DNA of 64,000 nucleotides from Tubulanus polymorphus (Eukaryota; Animalia; Nemertea), in NCBI RefSeq assembly GCF_964204645.1, contig NC_134030.1, forward strand, positions 20,606,210 to 20,670,209, written 5' to 3'. The position numbers were made by a program, and so were the translations under genes. The notes under the pieces are model-generated. The model saw only the letters and a list, made by a program, of their open reading frames with translations. It was not told the origin of the DNA and made no database searches. Position 1 is the first letter of the stretch. Each line of letters starts with the position of its first letter. Shown piece by piece: positions 35,135 to 47,199 of this stretch.

Positions 35135-35760
35135 GCTATTTCTATTTCGCAATTACTTCACAACGATAATTCGACAGAAATGAAATACCATGGAATAGAA
35201 TTATTGGGAAGTAGAATATATCATTGTCTGTACCAACTCCCTTAGCACCAAGAGAGTATATATAATTCGGCTGAAATATATTCCGTAGAGTAGAATTATT
35301 TGCTTTGGGTAGCAGAATATATCATTGTTTATACCGACTCCCTTAGATGATTTGTACCGCAATCCCATACGATCTACTTTCCGTGTCCGAACAACCCTTG
35401 AAAACAAATCTGGCGACTCGTGTACCCGGTATTAATCTAACTTCCCTTCATATGTTGCTATCGTGGTAAGGTTAATGTTGGCCATGGTAAGGTAAGGTAA
35501 CGCTTATTGGATATTTTCAACCCTCGGGCTATCATAAAATCAAAATGGTATATCATTGGAATGTTGAAAAGTACCAGTTCACCGGTTCAGTTTCGAGGAG
35601 GATTGTATTGTATTTTGTATTTGTAATCTCATAAAGAACAGTGGTAACAAATATAGTAACACATAATATGAGCAGAGATAATAATGAGATTGCCGGGGAC
35701 CGGAAGAATCCGGAGATTGCCGAGTCGGGTCCCTGTCAATGACAAATAAAGGAAAACTGT

Positions 35761-36025
35761 TAATAAGATTAAAACCCACTATCTACAGATTAAAAGAATT
35801 TAAAAACAAGAATTTATTTATTCAATCTAAAATATATATAAGACACGACGTTTCGATCTCACCCTAGAGATCATCGTCAGGTGTCTAGGTTGAGATCGAA
35901 ACGTCGTGTATTCTATATATTTTAGATTGAATAAATGAATTCTTGTTTTTAAATTCTTTCAATCTGTAGATAGTGGGTTTTTAATCTTATTATCCGTTCA
36001 CCACGTTTGAGTGTGGTTATCGTCC
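35761..36025. mobile_element. Penelope-like palindromic element (family A) with an intact hammerhead and 14-bp TSD
   Basis: About 100-bp inverted arms plus a 3' tail. Minus-strand agacac-CTGACGA-t-gatctc/tagggt/gagatc-GAAACGTC-gtgtct at about 35841-35886. TSD TAAAGGAAAACTGT at 35747-35760 and 36026-36039. Confidence 0.8.
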
Positions 36026-37185
36026 TAAAGGAAAACTGTATTTTGGCGAACGTATAAAGCAGTACATTGACGAAAACCAGCGATGATACACATTATGTTT
36101 TTGCCGCAGGAAAACAGCTGCATCAAGAGTATCAGCTTACAAGCGAATAGAGTTTGAAAAGCCTCTTTGCGGAACAATACCATTCGTTATGAATCGATTC
36201 CGTGTAGAAAACATCTATACGGCTACGAAAGAAGTATGACGTAAGTTTCAACTGGGTATCCTTATCTGAAAATAACTGAGACGAAGGTTTACCCTAAGCA
36301 AATCCGTTTTTAAGGCCTAAACAATTCTATAAGTTCTATTTATAACCTACTACTGAACCCTCATTCTTGTTTTTGAATGAGACGACCGGCACTGATATGT
36401 GTCCTGCCTGAATAGCATTGTTTCATTAGGATTTGTACGCACAACCTCTCGATTGTGAGTCGAACACCTTATCCAACAAGCCACTACACAGTACAATATT
36501 ATTGGGACCCGTTGACCGAAAAAAAAACGAGCGAAATATAAATATTGAAAGTTTATATTTGCTGCACAAAACAGACAAACTTGGCGAAAAACAGAAAATC
36601 GGATTGGCGGCAGCTCTCAACATATCAATCTTCATATTTAACGATAAGATACGAAATGGTCATTTACAAATTCCGAATATCTCTTCAAGGCGAATCCAAA
36701 ATGGTGTTTCATATCTCTTAACACGTGTCAGAACCTTCAAATCTAGAAGGAACTAGGTTTTAGGTATATTTTATTTATTTCGCTCTAACCAAACATTGGT
36801 ATATAGAGGTAACAAGAATTTGTACAATAAAATGTATAATTAACAAAACTTAAAAACAAGAAAACAGAGATACACAGAGAATAGAATAATGAAAGAGATT
36901 ACAGATATGTATACGTGAATTTTACTTAAGTAGCTTGAGACCAGCATTTACAAATCCAGCGAGTTTAACTAACGATTTTTCAATCGCGACGTTTATTTCT
37001 GCATGACAAGATTAAAAGAAAAATTAAAAGAACTTGAAGAAAAATCGGATTAGACAGTTGTGGCTTTCATCTTGTTGTTTACCAACTGCGGGTTTCAAAC
37101 GCAGTTCAGAAACTCATTGTGTCTGCGTCAGCTCTTGTCGAAATGTTTTGAATGTTTATAACTGAAAAGCGCGGCAACATCGAAA

Positions 37186-39571
37186 ATGGCGAACGCTTAC
37201 AATAGATTCGAATACATTTTACTTATCGTACTCTGTCTCATCTCCCATACCACTGGAACATGGTTTCAAAAAATCACCAATCAACAACCGCCCGAATGCC
37301 CGATCGGCGACCAGAAATCGAACGATGCAAAGTCTTCGCACAGCCTGACGAAACGCGTAATCGGTAACGAAGAAGTGCGCAGTGTTTTGGAATGTGGAGC
37401 CGTTTGTTTAAACGAGCACAAATGTTCGCTGATGTCCATCGACAGTGAAAGTCATTGCCGGGTGTATGACGCCACCAATAACGAACTGTGTAGCCTGCCC
37501 AGTGGTCAACGCGTATACTACAAGGTAACGGCGAAATATTTTCATTTCTATCGGTCGTATCTATCACTTTTAGAGCATGATATTTCTTGACCATCGACTG
37601 AATTTTACAAAAATTATGGCCGAATTGTATTTTGTAAATGCCTAATGATGATGTGTACGACTAACTGACATCGCTGTTTAGTGTTTATTATCATCAGTTA
37701 ACCATTCGAACGCACAGTGTAAACTAGCGAAATCCTCGCGGAAACTAGACGTGTTTTCATCCCAGAGCATCAGATTCGTTGATTCATTGAATTAGAAAGT
37801 AGAAGCATTTTAGAATGTATAGATATTATGAGCTCACCGTGGATAGATTTGATCTGTTGGGAACTTGGATAACCTGTGCCCGGAGAGACTGGATTCACCT
37901 GCTTAAGGTGAAGACGTGTTAGGTCTACCGGTGAAAGTAGGGAGATACAAATATGTATTACAATTGTATTTTGTTTTTCTCTTCCAATTGACGCGTTGTT
38001 GATACAGAAATGTATTGAATGTTCGAAGATACCTGAAATATGTTTTCGACTTCACTTGTGGACAACGTTTCGTGTTTTCAACTATTATCTGAGCTTGGGT
38101 CGCCGCACGGTGGCGTTGTCCGTTTGTCCGGCCCCAAGGTTCACAATTGGTTTTGGAATAAGTTGTTTTTTTTTAAATTTCCTACTGCATATAATACGCA
38201 AACCTGTTCGCCCTTGTATCTGATCACTCGTTTACAAGTTAATCGTTGGGGAATGGTAGAATCATGGTCGTTTTTCTTTAAGTTGTATAAATAAATTTGG
38301 TTTTGTGTTTTTTAAATTTTTCAAACACCCTCAACCCGCTAAGCGCCACGCAGGGCATTATAAGCAAGTTCGATGTTTCTTCTTCCCAATGGGATAGAAA
38401 CCAGAGAAACTCTGTCGCCACCAGGGTTCGAACCCTGGATTGATGAGACCAGTGACCGGCGGCTTAAACCACTCGGCCACTGCGCCTCTCAAATTGGTTT
38501 TCTTTTCATAACCAGTCTAGAGGATAACGTTTCTTTTTCTCGAAGGAACTTGCCTTACGTAGCAGAGCTATGAAGTAACTAAAACAAAACAATTTCGTCG
38601 GGCGTGAAAGTGCATATCTTTATTTACGAAACGTGGCGACGAATGCACGTCGAAGGTCAAACCCTTTGGGAAAGATGCTAACGAGCTAATGCGTGAATGG
38701 CCCCTCTTATTCATTCAACGAGCTAATTTTGAATCGGGATTCGTCGGATTATTCGTTTCAGATATCAAATCAGGACGGACAGGCCACGAAAACTGAACCC
38801 GGTAAGAACCCCAGACATATTCACTAACTATTTAATTAACATCAATCTAATTCATCTCTCTTTCTACTGCACACACATCGTTAAACACTTTTTCCGAATA
38901 AAATTTCAGCCAAACCACAGTCAAGTAGATACCGATACTTTTTCGATTTTGAAAACGTGGACGTCGACCGTGGACTCGTGTTCGGCGAGGGAGCCAATAT
39001 GACGACGCATGACGATAACACGGTGAAACTTAAGACAAGCAAAGGAGTCGATAACGGAAGAGCTTTAGGATCATGGAACGGAAAGTCGCCATTTCTGCAC
39101 TTCGGTAACCTAAGGGGTGACATTGCTCAGAAGAACTACTCGATCTCGTTCCTATATCGTGGTCGCGGATACGTTACTGTGTACACAAGACTCTCTGGAC
39201 AGCATCGAATAGGGAAATTCGCACACATGAGTCGCGGTATCGTCTATTTTGCACCGTATAGCAGGTCACAGGAGAACGGTTACTGCGTAGGTCCGGCGCC
39301 GCTAAAAATCTCACATAAAATATACAAAATAAACAAAAGGAGTTTGAAGGGTAAGAACTGGGTTTTCGTGCGATGTACAAACGGGATTATGTACCTTGAT
39401 GGTGTAAAAGTGAAATTCGTCCGCAACGCAGGGGCGTTTTCGCCAGTTTCCTTTAGTTCTGCGAGTCCTGTTACTCCTAAAGAAGTCGTTGGGATTGTCA
39501 ATGAAACTCAATACACCGTTGCGACTCGTGATGCGCTCATCGATAATTTTACAATAGAAGTTTGGAATTAA
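37186..39571 (+). CDS. Secreted PAN/apple + laminin G/concanavalin A-like protein, about 346 aa; exons 37186-37524, 38762-38801, 38910-39571
   Basis: Signal peptide. PAN pattern SVLECGAVCLNEHKCSLMS..HCRVY. LamG-like YFFDFEN..GRALGSWNG..NYSISF..NGYCVGP..LIDNFTI. Phases 0/1 are consistent. Confidence 0.75.
38320..38487 (-). mobile_element. tRNA-derived SINE; other copies at 2275-2463 and about 58890-58955
   Basis: Minus strand has A-box TGGCCGAGTGG, B-box GGTTCGAACC, a shared 3' body and an A-rich tail. Confidence 0.8.
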
Positions 39572-39683
39572 GGGATTCACCAGTGGGTAAATCTACTCGA
39601 CACTGCAAGGGATAAAAGTTTCTACGGATCTGTCGTCAGAATATTTTGAATATTCATAACTCGATAACGGCAACATAAGGAAT

Positions 39684-41449
39684 CGTGACGAACGCGTACA
39701 ACCTACCTATTTTAATATATTTTAGTTATCGATTGAGACCCGGTTTCAGAAATTCACTCGACTGCCCGAATATCAGATCGATCACAAATGGGACGTTGGC
39801 AATTCTTTACAGGACTGGACGAAGAACGAAATAAGCAACAAAGAAGGCGTTCGAGAATGTGAAGCTGTTTGTATAAATGAAACGAAATGTCCGCTTATAT
39901 CAACCGACAATGAACGCCTTTGTCATCTGTATGACGTCACCATCAACGAATCATGTAGCCTGCCTAGCGATCAACACGTGTACTACAAGTTAACAACGTG
40001 ACTCGATTGTTATACATTTTTGAGTTAGAATTTCTTTCGAATGTTATGTTCTGATCGTCTTTAAAAAACATAAATGGGCATCTTAAACCTATTGATTCAA
40101 TTTCTTATCCATCAGAACTAGTTCGGTAGCCGTCAATTGCTAGTGACCAGTGCTTTAACCACTTTAACATTTTAGAACCAATGCCTTAGACTGGTTTTAA
40201 ATGGGAGCATTGGCTGCGTGCAACTGGACCTTGTTAATGACAGTAAAGTGGATATATCTGCTAGATTGAACCAATCCCCTCATCAAGAAACCAATGTACC
40301 TTTAAAAAAATCCGTGTTTTCAGATCATAGAGTCAGAGAAATTGCCTAATCCATTTCAACTGATCCAACCGTGGCTTCGTTATTGTGTGATGTCTCTCGT
40401 TATCATCATACACGGATATTGTGTATCTTCTCGTCTAATGATTTGTGAATGTATCCTGATCTGTTGAAATATCCATTTCAGGTAGATGATAATCAGCGAA
40501 AATCAAAGAACACGACAAACGGTAGGATTGAATTATTTCAAATAATCTTATATAGTAGTTTCACAAAAAATGAAAGTAATCTGAAATCAGTTATTCTGAT
40601 CTATTCTGATTTAGTAGTTATTCTTTACTTAGTTTGATATTTACAGTAGTCGTAGTTAGGTTTGTTCTGTTCTGTGCCATCGCCATCGCCATCGTCGCAA
40701 GATCACATAATCCATTTGAAAATCCTACAAATACAATTTCTTCATGTTTATTTGTGTCTAAAGCCACACGACACATCAACATTTCAGGTGCCGAACCGTT
40801 GTCGCACCGATTCCAATATTTTTTCGACTTCGAAAATGTGGACGTCAAACGCGGAATCGTGTTCGGCGAGGGAGCCAATATGACGGCGGATGACGGCCGG
40901 AAACGGGTCGAGCTAATGGTAGGCAAAGACGGTGTCGATAAAAGTCAAGCAATCATATCGAGAAGCAGTGCCATTGCATTACGTTTCGCCAACAAGAGGG
41001 ATGAAATTGCTCCAAAAAATTATTCGATTTCGTTTATATTTCGTGGTAAAGGTTTCGTATCTATATTTGCGAACTTTGCTAAACCGAATCCAGGGGAAGG
41101 AACAAGAAACACAAGAAGATACTTCACGGTATATTTCAAATTGGATTCGAGATATGCCACTAACGGCAGGTGCTTAGGTCCAACGTTGAAAACAGAATCA
41201 CACTTCAAGATTGATAAAACGCTCCTGAATAAAAAGAAACTTATCTCCGTTCGATGTTCGAACGGGATTATGTACGTCGATGATGTAGAAGGGAAATTAG
41301 TCAGAGAAGTTAAACTGCCCGAAACCGATACTTCAAGGATAGCGAGCACTGCTGGTCCCGAAGTCGCTAACATAATGAAAGAAACGCTATACGCCGTTAA
41401 TATTTATCAAGCGCTGATTGACAACCTAAAGATTGACGTTTGGAATTAG
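39684..41449 (+). pseudogene. Paralog of the PAN-LamG gene: decayed exon 1 (about 39684-39989), intact exons 40482-40521 and 40788-41449
   Basis: The start codon position reads GTG, the signal region is out of frame with the PAN frame, and the donor after YYK reads TT instead of GT. The LamG exon is open and similar to 38910-39571. Confidence 0.6.
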
Positions 41450-43136
41450 CGATTTTGGCTGTTGGTGGATTAACTCATTTAGAAAGAACATGACATAAAA
41501 GCTGTCAGCTGAAATCTAGTCAATGATCTTTGCACTCCGGTGGCCCCTCTAACTAATCTTTGTATTGAGAAGCCCATTGTACAAAATAGCCGCGCGCGAT
41601 CACATTTTGGACTTGGTAAAATTGGCACTATTATTCTAATGGTTTCCGAAGTTTATCCGAATCTCATCATCAGGTAAAAGGGTGGTAGTCTCGAAAACGT
41701 TTTGACGATGATACAATTGTAACATAATTTCAGTTCTAATGCCAGTCGAATCAAAGTATGCGAACGTCTGCACTTTGCTTGCCAGTCTTCGGTGTTCTAC
41801 TACGGATATTTTCCGCGGATGTTTTTGTCCCAGCCATAACTACCGATTAATTGGCGTCAACTTCAAATGACGTAAAATATCCTAAAATACAGTGCATTGT
41901 CTTACGCACGACTAACGGGCTTGATAATATTGAAAATACATGTATATTTATGAGTGGCATCTGCACATTGACTCATGGCCCAATAAATTCCCAACATGAC
42001 ATCACGAAACTTCCTACTACTGGTTCTATTAATCATTCTACGGGGATTGACCACTTCAATCACGAAATTTACCTAAACTACTGGTGAATGCATCCTTCCA
42101 CACAAGATAGCAGCCCCCATACCACAATGTCTTAATCAAATTGTCTATTGTTGGAATATGTTAGCTTCCAGGAAATAGGGATGGGAACGAGTATAGGCGA
42201 TTAGATCGATGTCATTGTGATGGGCCCCTGCCATACCACGGAGGATACCCTTTTCTTCAAGACAGAAGTTGTTCAAACCTGCAAATGTGACTCTAAATCC
42301 TCTTGAAAATTGCATTTTTGGATGGATTGAAAATAGCTGAAATCGATATCGACGACTAACTTATCACAATTTTCTGGTGGGATTTATGAGTCAGGCACAT
42401 ATTCAGGAAGGACCTGTAGCAGTAGCCTGTCGCACAGTAGACCGTAACTCTAACATGTAACAAACTTGTGGTACATAAAGTCGAGAATGATCGAATTTGA
42501 GCTATTATCAGTGGTTGTATGGCAACCTGTCGTTCGCATTTTCTCTGCTTATAATGCACCTCTAGACGTTTACCTTTCATATTGTCCTCAGACTTGTCCT
42601 CATCAAAAATAATCACTATCCAATGTCACAAGGCCAAGAACACCGCATGGACAACGCCGAAACAAACAAATATTCAAATTCTATTGTGCATTGGTATCCT
42701 AGTGATTTACATCCTTAATTAACGACGGTGCCGAATCCACAAGTCAAGGACCTACAAAAAGTATCGACTCAGCTACGGACTAGACATTAATGATTCTAGA
42801 TAGTTTTACATGAAGATAGTTGCCCTGTTCACAATCCGAGAAGGCTATAAGGGACTATACGAATTACTTTTTTTACTATTTGTTATTGTCAAATTTAAAA
42901 CTAAATGTCAGGTAAGACGGCAATATCAATAAACCCAATGTTCTTCTTCTTGTTCAACTTGATGTACTTTATTGGTAACATGTTTTCGTCATTTTGCACA
43001 TCTGACATACGGCGATATTGCATTGTACAGACCCATCAAATCCAAATGCGCACAGCAAACACAATAAGCGTCCAGGCACTGATAAAAAAAGCTTTCGAAA
43101 ACACATATATCAACTGTCAAATGAAAAAGTTAATGA

Positions 43137-43178
43137 CACCTGGTGAAATGATTCATATCCCCTCGAAGCGTATAAAAA
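43137..43178 (+). promoter_or_regulatory. GY-gene promoter module (E-box, TGATTCAT, TATA), copy A
   Basis: CACCTG-gtgaaa-TGATTCAT...TATAAAAA. Confidence 0.7.
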
Positions 43179-43312
43179 CCATCGCAAAAAGTTCATAACG
43201 TCTTACCTTGGAAAAGAACTATTCAAACCGCACCAGGTAAATCACCACCGTATTATCGTGCGTTCTTGCGATAGCGTAAAACTTATTTGCCTGTTAAATT
43301 TTTCGATTCAGG

Positions 43313-43895
43313 ATGAAGTTAGTTTTCCTCGTCACGATGGCCCTTGTGGCCGTGGCTGCTGCGGGTTAGTATAATATTTGACAGTATGAAGAAAATCGAG
43401 TCCATAACCCTGCATTCTAATTTGACCATTTTTACATTTCTCCGTTAAGGCGATGGCTATGGTTACGGCTATGGTGATGTGACTGTGGTCGAAGAGTATG
43501 GCTATGGTGGTGACTACGAAACTGGTTACGGCTATGGTGGTGAATACGACGATGGCTATGGCTATGGTGGTGAATACGACGATGGCTACGGCTATGGTGG
43601 TGAATACGACGATGGCTACGGCTATGGTGGTGAATACGACGATGGCTATGGCTATGGTGGTGAATACGACGATGGCTATGGCTATGGTGGTGAATACGAC
43701 GATGACTATGGCTATGATGGTGAATACGACGATGGCTATGGCTATGGTGGTGAATACGACGATGGCTATGGCTATGGTGGTGAATACGACGATGGCTATG
43801 GCTATGGTGGTGAATACGACGATGGCTATGGCTATGGTGGTGAATACGACGATGGCTATGGCTATGGTGGTGAATACGATGATGATTACTACTAA
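43313..43895 (+). CDS. Secreted acidic Gly/Tyr-rich protein A, 165 aa, (GYGYGGEYDD)x12; exons 43313-43364, 43450-43895
   Basis: Signal [17 protein letters not shown], phase-1 intron, 30-nt coding repeats, upstream TATA, non-coding first exon, 3'UTR intron and AATAAA at about 44530. Confidence 0.9.
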
Positions 43896-44589
43896 TAAGC
43901 CAAAGGTTAGTACTCAAGTCGAATAATGCGTTTGATAATGATTTATCGAGTTTGTACATGTACGTAATATCGACATTCATGGTGAAATAGTTCTTGAAAT
44001 ACATACCGAATATTACATAAATATGATCTAAGCAATGGATTTCTACAAGACACCGTATGAAAAACAAGCTTGACGCCCACTCTCTAATAATTTGGATGAC
44101 ATAAAAGGATTATATTCGACCTAAATTGAAATTAAGTAGAACCGCGTTCACTTGGGACTGTCAGCAGGTGTCAGACAATTGTTAAAAAAACGGAGTACGT
44201 AAAGAGGGGTAACAAGTCTATTGAGTAAACAAGTGAATGATTACATAATCAATGGGTGGTGTTAGGTTTGCGTGCTCTTCTCATTTCACGATAATGCCGA
44301 TATTGCAATAATGCAAGGGCAACATATTACTTAACACGTGAAAAGAAAATGATAGATATATTTGTGTTGATGAAAATGTAAATGTTTCGTATGTTGAATT
44401 TGTTGATGCTAAAGTATTCTGTGATTTCAGATGAATTCGTTCTATTTCAGGGCCGCTCACAATTGATGCTGATGACATCAAACCATTCATATCGATGCTT
44501 CTTGTTGCCCCGAATTCATCGCTTACGTCAATAAAAGCCATTATCAAATGAAAGAACTTCTTTTAAGATCTTAACTGAAAAGGAATAAA

Positions 44590-45075
44590 AACTTCAAACA
44601 AATCTACTTCAAACACCAGATATTAGAAATCCTGCATTAATACTGTTAACAATTATCATTTTCACTTCAAAATGAATGACATAACAGACGATTGTTCAGT
44701 ACACCTTTACTCTACATCGCTTCAGACTCTTTTAGAATTTTATACGAGACATTATTTTCATTAAAAATGAAGGACAAACAGCAGAAATGAGACATTTTAT
44801 CAGCACACTTTCAAAAACTGATCGCCTAAAGTTGACATGTGTCCAATACTTCATCTGAGACATTTTTATTTGAAAAAAAAACTACATGCACCAGATATTA
44901 GACATTTTATCAGCAAACATTCAACAACTGATCGTCCTCTCTTCACATATGTTCAGTACTTCACCAGATATTAGGCATTTTATAAAGACACTTTCAAAAA
45001 AACTGATCGCCCACACTTCACGTGTGTTCAGACTTCGGTCGAAAGATTTTGAGTTGAATATGAACGACAGACATT
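44590..45075 (+). repeat. Degenerate 109-bp satellite copies
   Basis: gacattttatcagcacactttcaaaaactgatcg motifs. Confidence 0.75.
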
Positions 45076-46095
45076 AGAATTTCGCACTTTCAAAAAGGAT
45101 TCTTATCGATACAGGCGTGAGATTTGGATTGTCAACACGGATCACATCATCATTATCCCTACGTTGATATGATTCCAGAGTACTAACAGTATCTATTCGA
45201 GGAATGCGTTTGGCTTGACGGGATATTCCTCCCATTTGAATAGTGAGCAACAATTGTTTGATAGTGGGATATATTCCATGGAACTTACAGTAGGACATCG
45301 CCGTTGATAGATCCCCAACATCAATGACGACATTAAATGGGTTCCCTTTTCCGAGATCAAAACAGGCCGGCCGGATCGAAAGAAGTTCCCAAGACATTTA
45401 AGTTTAGGCCGATCACCATTACATATGTCACCACCCAGCTGTTCAATTTTACAAATGTACAATACCGCAATATCCCTACCCAATATTTCAGTTTGGGCAT
45501 TACGAACAGCTGTTGCGAACTTTCAAAACGACTATAACAGTCTTTGAAACGCTATTAACCTTCACAATATTGGAGGTATGCGGAATGCACTTGCAAAGGC
45601 GATATCAACGTGATACCAGATTTATAGAAGTGATTATGGGTATGGGAACAGGTGGTTGTGGGTGACAGTCGAAGTGGACAAAGGTTGTTGGCACCGGTAT
45701 GCCAGGTAGTCGTGAAATATAGTACGTGAAACCAGGTCGTGGCGGACGCAAGGGCATTGAGGACGACAGTGAGTTAGGTAAAAGGTCATGGAGGGTTTGT
45801 TGCCTAATACTGGGACTCGAGGGTTCGAAACTGGGATGCCAGGTCATGGAGTTCCCCAGTTTTGCATTAGGCTGCTGGGATGACTTGGGTGATTAGTGAG
45901 CTTGAATTTGGGATATCCAATCTATAAGTGCTTGGGCTCGGTACAACTTGTCGCAATGCCAACTGGGTGGTTTAGCGGGTTAAATGTGCAGCTGGCTTCG
46001 AAACACCAGTGAATTCCTGTGTTGAGAATAATGATATATAAATATTATAAGTTTATTTCTTTACTCAAGAGATACAATACAGACATCTCTATTAG

Positions 46096-46442
46096 ATAAC
46101 ATCCTCCCCCGGCAGGGATTCGAGCCTGATGGCATCGAGATTGCCACGGTACGAAACCCTGCCATAATCGACCGTGTGCGCAGATACATGCGCAGTTTAG
46201 ATGATGTGATTTTTAGCCAATCAGAAATCCCGTTTTATTTTAGCCCGGGTTTTCCCATTTATAGTTCTTCCTTGAAATGTCCTTCAGCGACTATACAACG
46301 AGCAATCTGATTGGTGCCGCCAGTTTTCGTTCAGAAAGCTGAGTGTACCTGCGCACCCGGTCTACTGATGCAGGGGTTCGTGCCGTGGCTGAGTGTAGCG
46401 ATGCCATCAGGTTCGAGTCCCTGCAGAGGGAGGATGTTAGAT
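46096..46442. mobile_element. MITE with long imperfect inverted arms containing B-box-like GGTTCGA motifs
   Basis: aacatcctcc..gcagggattcgagcctgatggcatcg..ccacggtacgaaaccctgc versus gcaggggttcgtgccgtgg..cgatgccatcaggttcgagtccctgc..ggaggatgtt; inner pair ccaatcaga/tctgattgg. Confidence 0.7.
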
Positions 46443-46638
46443 AAATGAAAAAAAAAATTACAGAAAGTGCGGGATAATTGAAAGGAATGGTGTGTTAGTA
46501 CTCGATTATGTAAATGTGTTGATCGTCGAAGTCAGTGACGTCACTACGCAAATGTCTGACTACGAACTAACCTATGTTGCAGAGCATAAATCATTCCGGA
46601 CATAGGAAGCAAAATAGAGTAAGGGAACAGATTATCAG

Positions 46639-46680
46639 CACCTGTTGAAATGATTCATGCGATGGCTTAGGTATATAAAA
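46639..46680 (+). promoter_or_regulatory. GY-gene promoter module, copy B
   Basis: CACCTG-ttgaaa-TGATTCAT...TATATAAAA. Confidence 0.7.
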
Positions 46681-46869
46681 CCACATTGAAGAAAAATCGA
46701 CATCTCATCTCGGAAAAGAACAGCCTCCAACTTTTTAAGGTATTTTGTAAAGTGTTCGCTTGTTTCATCTGCCAATTCACATTTGTTCTAGCGTAAACAC
46801 GTTCTTTGATGAGAAACACGTTTTTTTTGTAAATGAGGGCATTTTCAATGGTCATGTTTCTAATGCAGG

Positions 46870-47199
46870 ATGAAGTTAGTTTTCCTTGTCATGATGGCAA
46901 TTCTGGCCATAACCCTAGCTGGTACGTAATGCCAAGCATTCGCCTAATTTGATAACTCGAATCCTGTATATAATCAACCGAAATATCTTGTTCTCCTAGG
47001 CCGCAGAGAGTATACTTACGACTACAATCGTGGTTATGATCCATACTACGGCCGCGGGGGAGCTTACGAAGGTCGTGGAAAGTATGGCGTGCGTCGTAAT
47101 CGTGGCTACGGAGGTGGTAGATACAAACCAAGACGTGGATCATACGACCGGGAGATATACGATGATGGATATGGCAGTGGGTCATATAGAGATTTTTGA
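46870..47199 (+). CDS. Secreted basic Arg/Gly/Tyr-rich protein B, 83 aa; exons 46870-46921, 47000-47199 (absent from the ORF track)
   Basis: Signal MKLVFLVMMAILAITLA, mature GRREYTYDYNRGYDPYYGRGGAYEGRGKYGVRRNRGYGGGRYKPRRGSYDREIYDDGYGSGSYRDF*. Same gene architecture as its paralogs. Confidence 0.88.

Noticed and set aside
43432-44067. His-rich antisense ORF (HHHSHSHRRI)n, and similar alternative-frame or antisense ORFs at 43498, 51070, 51087, 51136, 55926, 56028, 60206 and 60317
   Set aside because: These are shadows of the repetitive GY codons. Only the GY frame has a signal exon, splice sites and a promoter.
45074-45600. Possible decayed hAT transposase C-terminus (IYPTIKQLLLTI...)
   Set aside because: The resemblance is weak, with no ERSFS motif or termini. 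It cannot be supported without a profile search.
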